Assembly (NCBI GenBank): GCA_020697635.1
Contig: JAEHCT010000001.1
Span: 1 to 38,144, forward strand
Origin: Candidatus Bathyarchaeota archaeon
GTDB lineage: Archaea > Thermoproteota > Bathyarchaeia > TCS64
Reading direction: 5' to 3'
DNA length: 38,144 nt
Each line of letters opens with the position of its first letter. Position 1 is the first letter of the stretch. Below are positions 36,242 to 38,144 of this stretch, piece by piece. The notes under the pieces were generated by a model. The model ran no database searches, had not been told where the DNA came from, and saw only the letters and a program-made list of their open reading frames with translations. A program made the position numbers and the translations under genes.

Positions 36242-38144
36242 TTGAGTTCCGGCGAATGGGTCGAGGTGAGGATCGGCATCACAGGCAGGGTCCAGGGCGT
36301 AGGCTTCAGGCCTTTCATCTACCGGATGGCGGTTAGGAATGGTCTCGTCGGGTACGTCATAAACCTAGGAGACGCCGGCGTCGAGATAGTCGTGGAAGGC
36401 GAGGAAACCCAGGTAGCTCAGTTCCTTCGCGACGTCAGGGAGGAGGCCCCCGAAGTCTCCGAGATCGAGGGCATAGTCCACGAGTGCAGGCCGTACCGTG
36501 GCAGGTTCACCGAGTTCGTCATCGACAAGAGCCAGAACAGGGGCAGGGTCGCGTCGGGCATCTACCCGCCGGACATAGGCATATGCCCCCAGTGCCGGGG
36601 AGACATGGCAGCCCGGGAGAGCAGGTGGTACGAGTACCCTTTCACGGCCTGCGCCTGGTGTGGCCCCCGTTTCACGTCTGTAAGGGCCCTCCCCTACGAT
36701 CGTGAGCGTACCCACATGCACGAGTTCCCCATGTGCGAGCACTGCAAGAAGGACTACCACGACCCCATGGACAGGCGGTTCGACGCCCAGGGCATCACTT
36801 GCAGCGTCTGCGGGCCCGAGATGAGTCTATACGACGCCTACGGAAAGCCGATGGAAGCCGACGACTTGTTCAGGGAGGTCTCCGAGTACCTGAAGGAGGG
36901 CAGCATCGTCGCAGTGAAGGGCATCGGCGGCATACATCTCGCCTCTCTAGCCACCAGAGACGACATCATCGAGGAGTTCAGGAAGAGGAAGAACAGGCCA
37001 TACCAGCCCCTCGCGTTGATGTCCCCGGATCTTAACTCGGTGAAAACCTATGCTGAGCTGGATGGTGACGAGGCCAGGGTGATCCAGTCATGGAGAAAAC
37101 CAATCGTGCTGTTGAAGAAGAGGCATAGGGTCATCTCTGAGCTTGTCGCCCCGGGGCTGGATACGATAGGCGTGATGCTCCCCTACACGGGGATCCAGAC
37201 GATGCTGTTCGAGAGGCTCAACGAGCCTGCGCTGATCATGACCAGCGGCAACAAGAAGGGTCTACCCATGGCTATCTCAAACAGGGCCGCGTTCGACGAG
37301 ATCGGCGGAATAGCCGACTACTATCTGCTCCACAACAGGGAGATCGTGAACCGAAGCGACGACTCTGTCCTTAGGATGATCGACGGTAGCACCGCTTTCA
37401 CGAGGAGATCCAGGGGCTACGTTCCAGACCCCATCGACGTCCCACTGAAGAAGGGAATAGGGTTAGCCGTTGGCGCTGAGCTCAGGAACGCGGCCGCCGT
37501 GGCCACCAACGGTAAGGTCTTCATGACGCAGTACCTCGGGGACACGGACACGCTGGAGAGCTTGAGGTTCGAGGAGGAGGCCATCCAGATCATGCGTGAC
37601 CTGCTTAATGTCACGCGTGACCCGGATGTGATAGGGTGTGACCTCCATCCGGGGTACATGACGTCACAGATGGCGGAAGTGATATCACGTGAGACGGGTG
37701 TGACGCTGGTGAAGTCACAGCATCATCACGCCCACATAGTCTCTGTCATGGCTGAGAACAACGTCTCTAGGGATGATGGGATACTAGGGATCGCCTTAGA
37801 CGGCGCGGGATACGGCTCAGATAGGCAAATTTGGGGTGGAGAGATATTAAAATCAACTTACAACGGGTTTGAGAGGCTCGGACACCTCGAGAACGTGCCC
37901 ATGCCAGGAGGGGACCTATGCGCATACCACCCATACAGGATGCTTGTGGCGGGACTTAGTAACACTGTCACAAGTGATATTATACGTGATATCACAGAAA
38001 ATCACGTCGAAAAGGCACTACCCCATGGGAAAACAGAGCTGGAAGTCATCTTAAAGCAACTAAAAGATCCTGAAATCCGTAAGACTTCGAGCGCTGGACG
38101 GTTCTTAGACTCCATAGCCGCCCTACTCGGGTCAACATACTATA
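36242..38144 (+). CDS. hypF: Carbamoyltransferase HypF ([NiFe]-hydrogenase maturation); 3' end runs off window
   Basis: Not in ORF track. GRVQGVGFRPF acylphosphatase, two CxxC...CxxCGP zinc fingers, KGIGG YrdC domain, CDLHPGY, QHHHAH, DGAGYG, WGGE, TSSAGR. Start is TTG 36233/36242 or GTG 36266. Confidence 0.95.
   Translation, partial: MSSGEWVEVRIGITGRVQGVGFRPFIYRMAVRNGLVGYVINLGDAGVEIVVEGEETQVAQFLRDVREEAPEVSEIEGIVHECRPYRGRFTEFVIDKSQNRGRVASGIYPPDIGICPQCRGDMAARESRWYEYPFTACAWCGPRFTSVRALPYDRERTHMHEFPMCEHCKKDYHDPMDRRFDAQGITCSVCGPEMSLYDAYGKPMEADDLFREVSEYLKEGSIVAVKGIGGIHLASLATRDDIIEEFRKRKNRPYQPLALMSPDLNSVKTYAELDGDEARVIQSWRKPIVLLKKRHRVISELVAPGLDTIGVMLPYTGIQTMLFERLNEPALIMTSGNKKGLPMAISNRAAFDEIGGIADYYLLHNREIVNRSDDSVLRMIDGSTAFTRRSRGYVPDPIDVPLKKGIGLAVGAELRNAAAVATNGKVFMTQYLGDTDTLESLRFEEEAIQIMRDLLNVTRDPDVIGCDLHPGYMTSQMAEVISRETGVTLVKSQHHHAHIVSVMAENNVSRDDGILGIALDGAGYGSDRQIWGGEILKSTYNGFERLGHLENVPMPGGDLCAYHPYRMLVAGLSNTVTSDIIRDITENHVEKALPHGKTELEVILKQLKDPEIRKTSSAGRFLDSIAALLGSTYY
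37596..38005. repeat. Two clusters of TCAC/GTGA half-sites embedded in hypF
   Basis: 13 half-sites in 37596-37729 and 5 in 37968-38005; GTGATATCAC occurs at 37679 and 37986. Confidence 0.7.

Noticed and set aside
36365..38054. Short ORFs listed in this region
   Set aside because: All are alternative frames of hypF, which the track missed because it has no stop in the window.

Overview
GC-rich archaeal chromosomal window. PolD small subunit, DUF99, translin, TATA-type promoters and frequent TTG/GTG starts fit a TACK archaeon such as Bathyarchaeia, but the taxonomy is my inference. Left part (1-17.6 kb): a partial FAD oxidoreductase, a membrane beta-propeller, and a catabolic cluster (hydantoin racemase, Opp/Dpp ABC importer, M29/NicX-like metalloenzyme, hydantoinase/oxoprolinase A+B, MFS, M19 dipeptidase, creatininase). 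Middle: an orphan GAF histidine kinase flanked by two small paralogous membrane proteins (one interrupted by TAG), an XRE/DUF2178 operon with a triple operator, translin, a CxxC-x17-CxxC microprotein, cysS, an M20 amidohydrolase, a BMP nucleoside ABC importer, a nucleoside phosphorylase and an MBL hydrolase. The right end (31.7-38.1 kb) is the most unusual part. Three uncharacterised DNA-binding proteins (soluble wHTH, RHH, membrane-anchored coiled-coil wHTH) surround DP1, together with two DNA motif families: an ~8-bp-periodic GTAAACA array shared by both divergent promoters, and helically phased TCAC/GTGA clusters written into hypF with rare codons. This is a candidate replication-linked regulon or DNA-tethering system. 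No rRNA, tRNA, CRISPR or mobile element was recognised.
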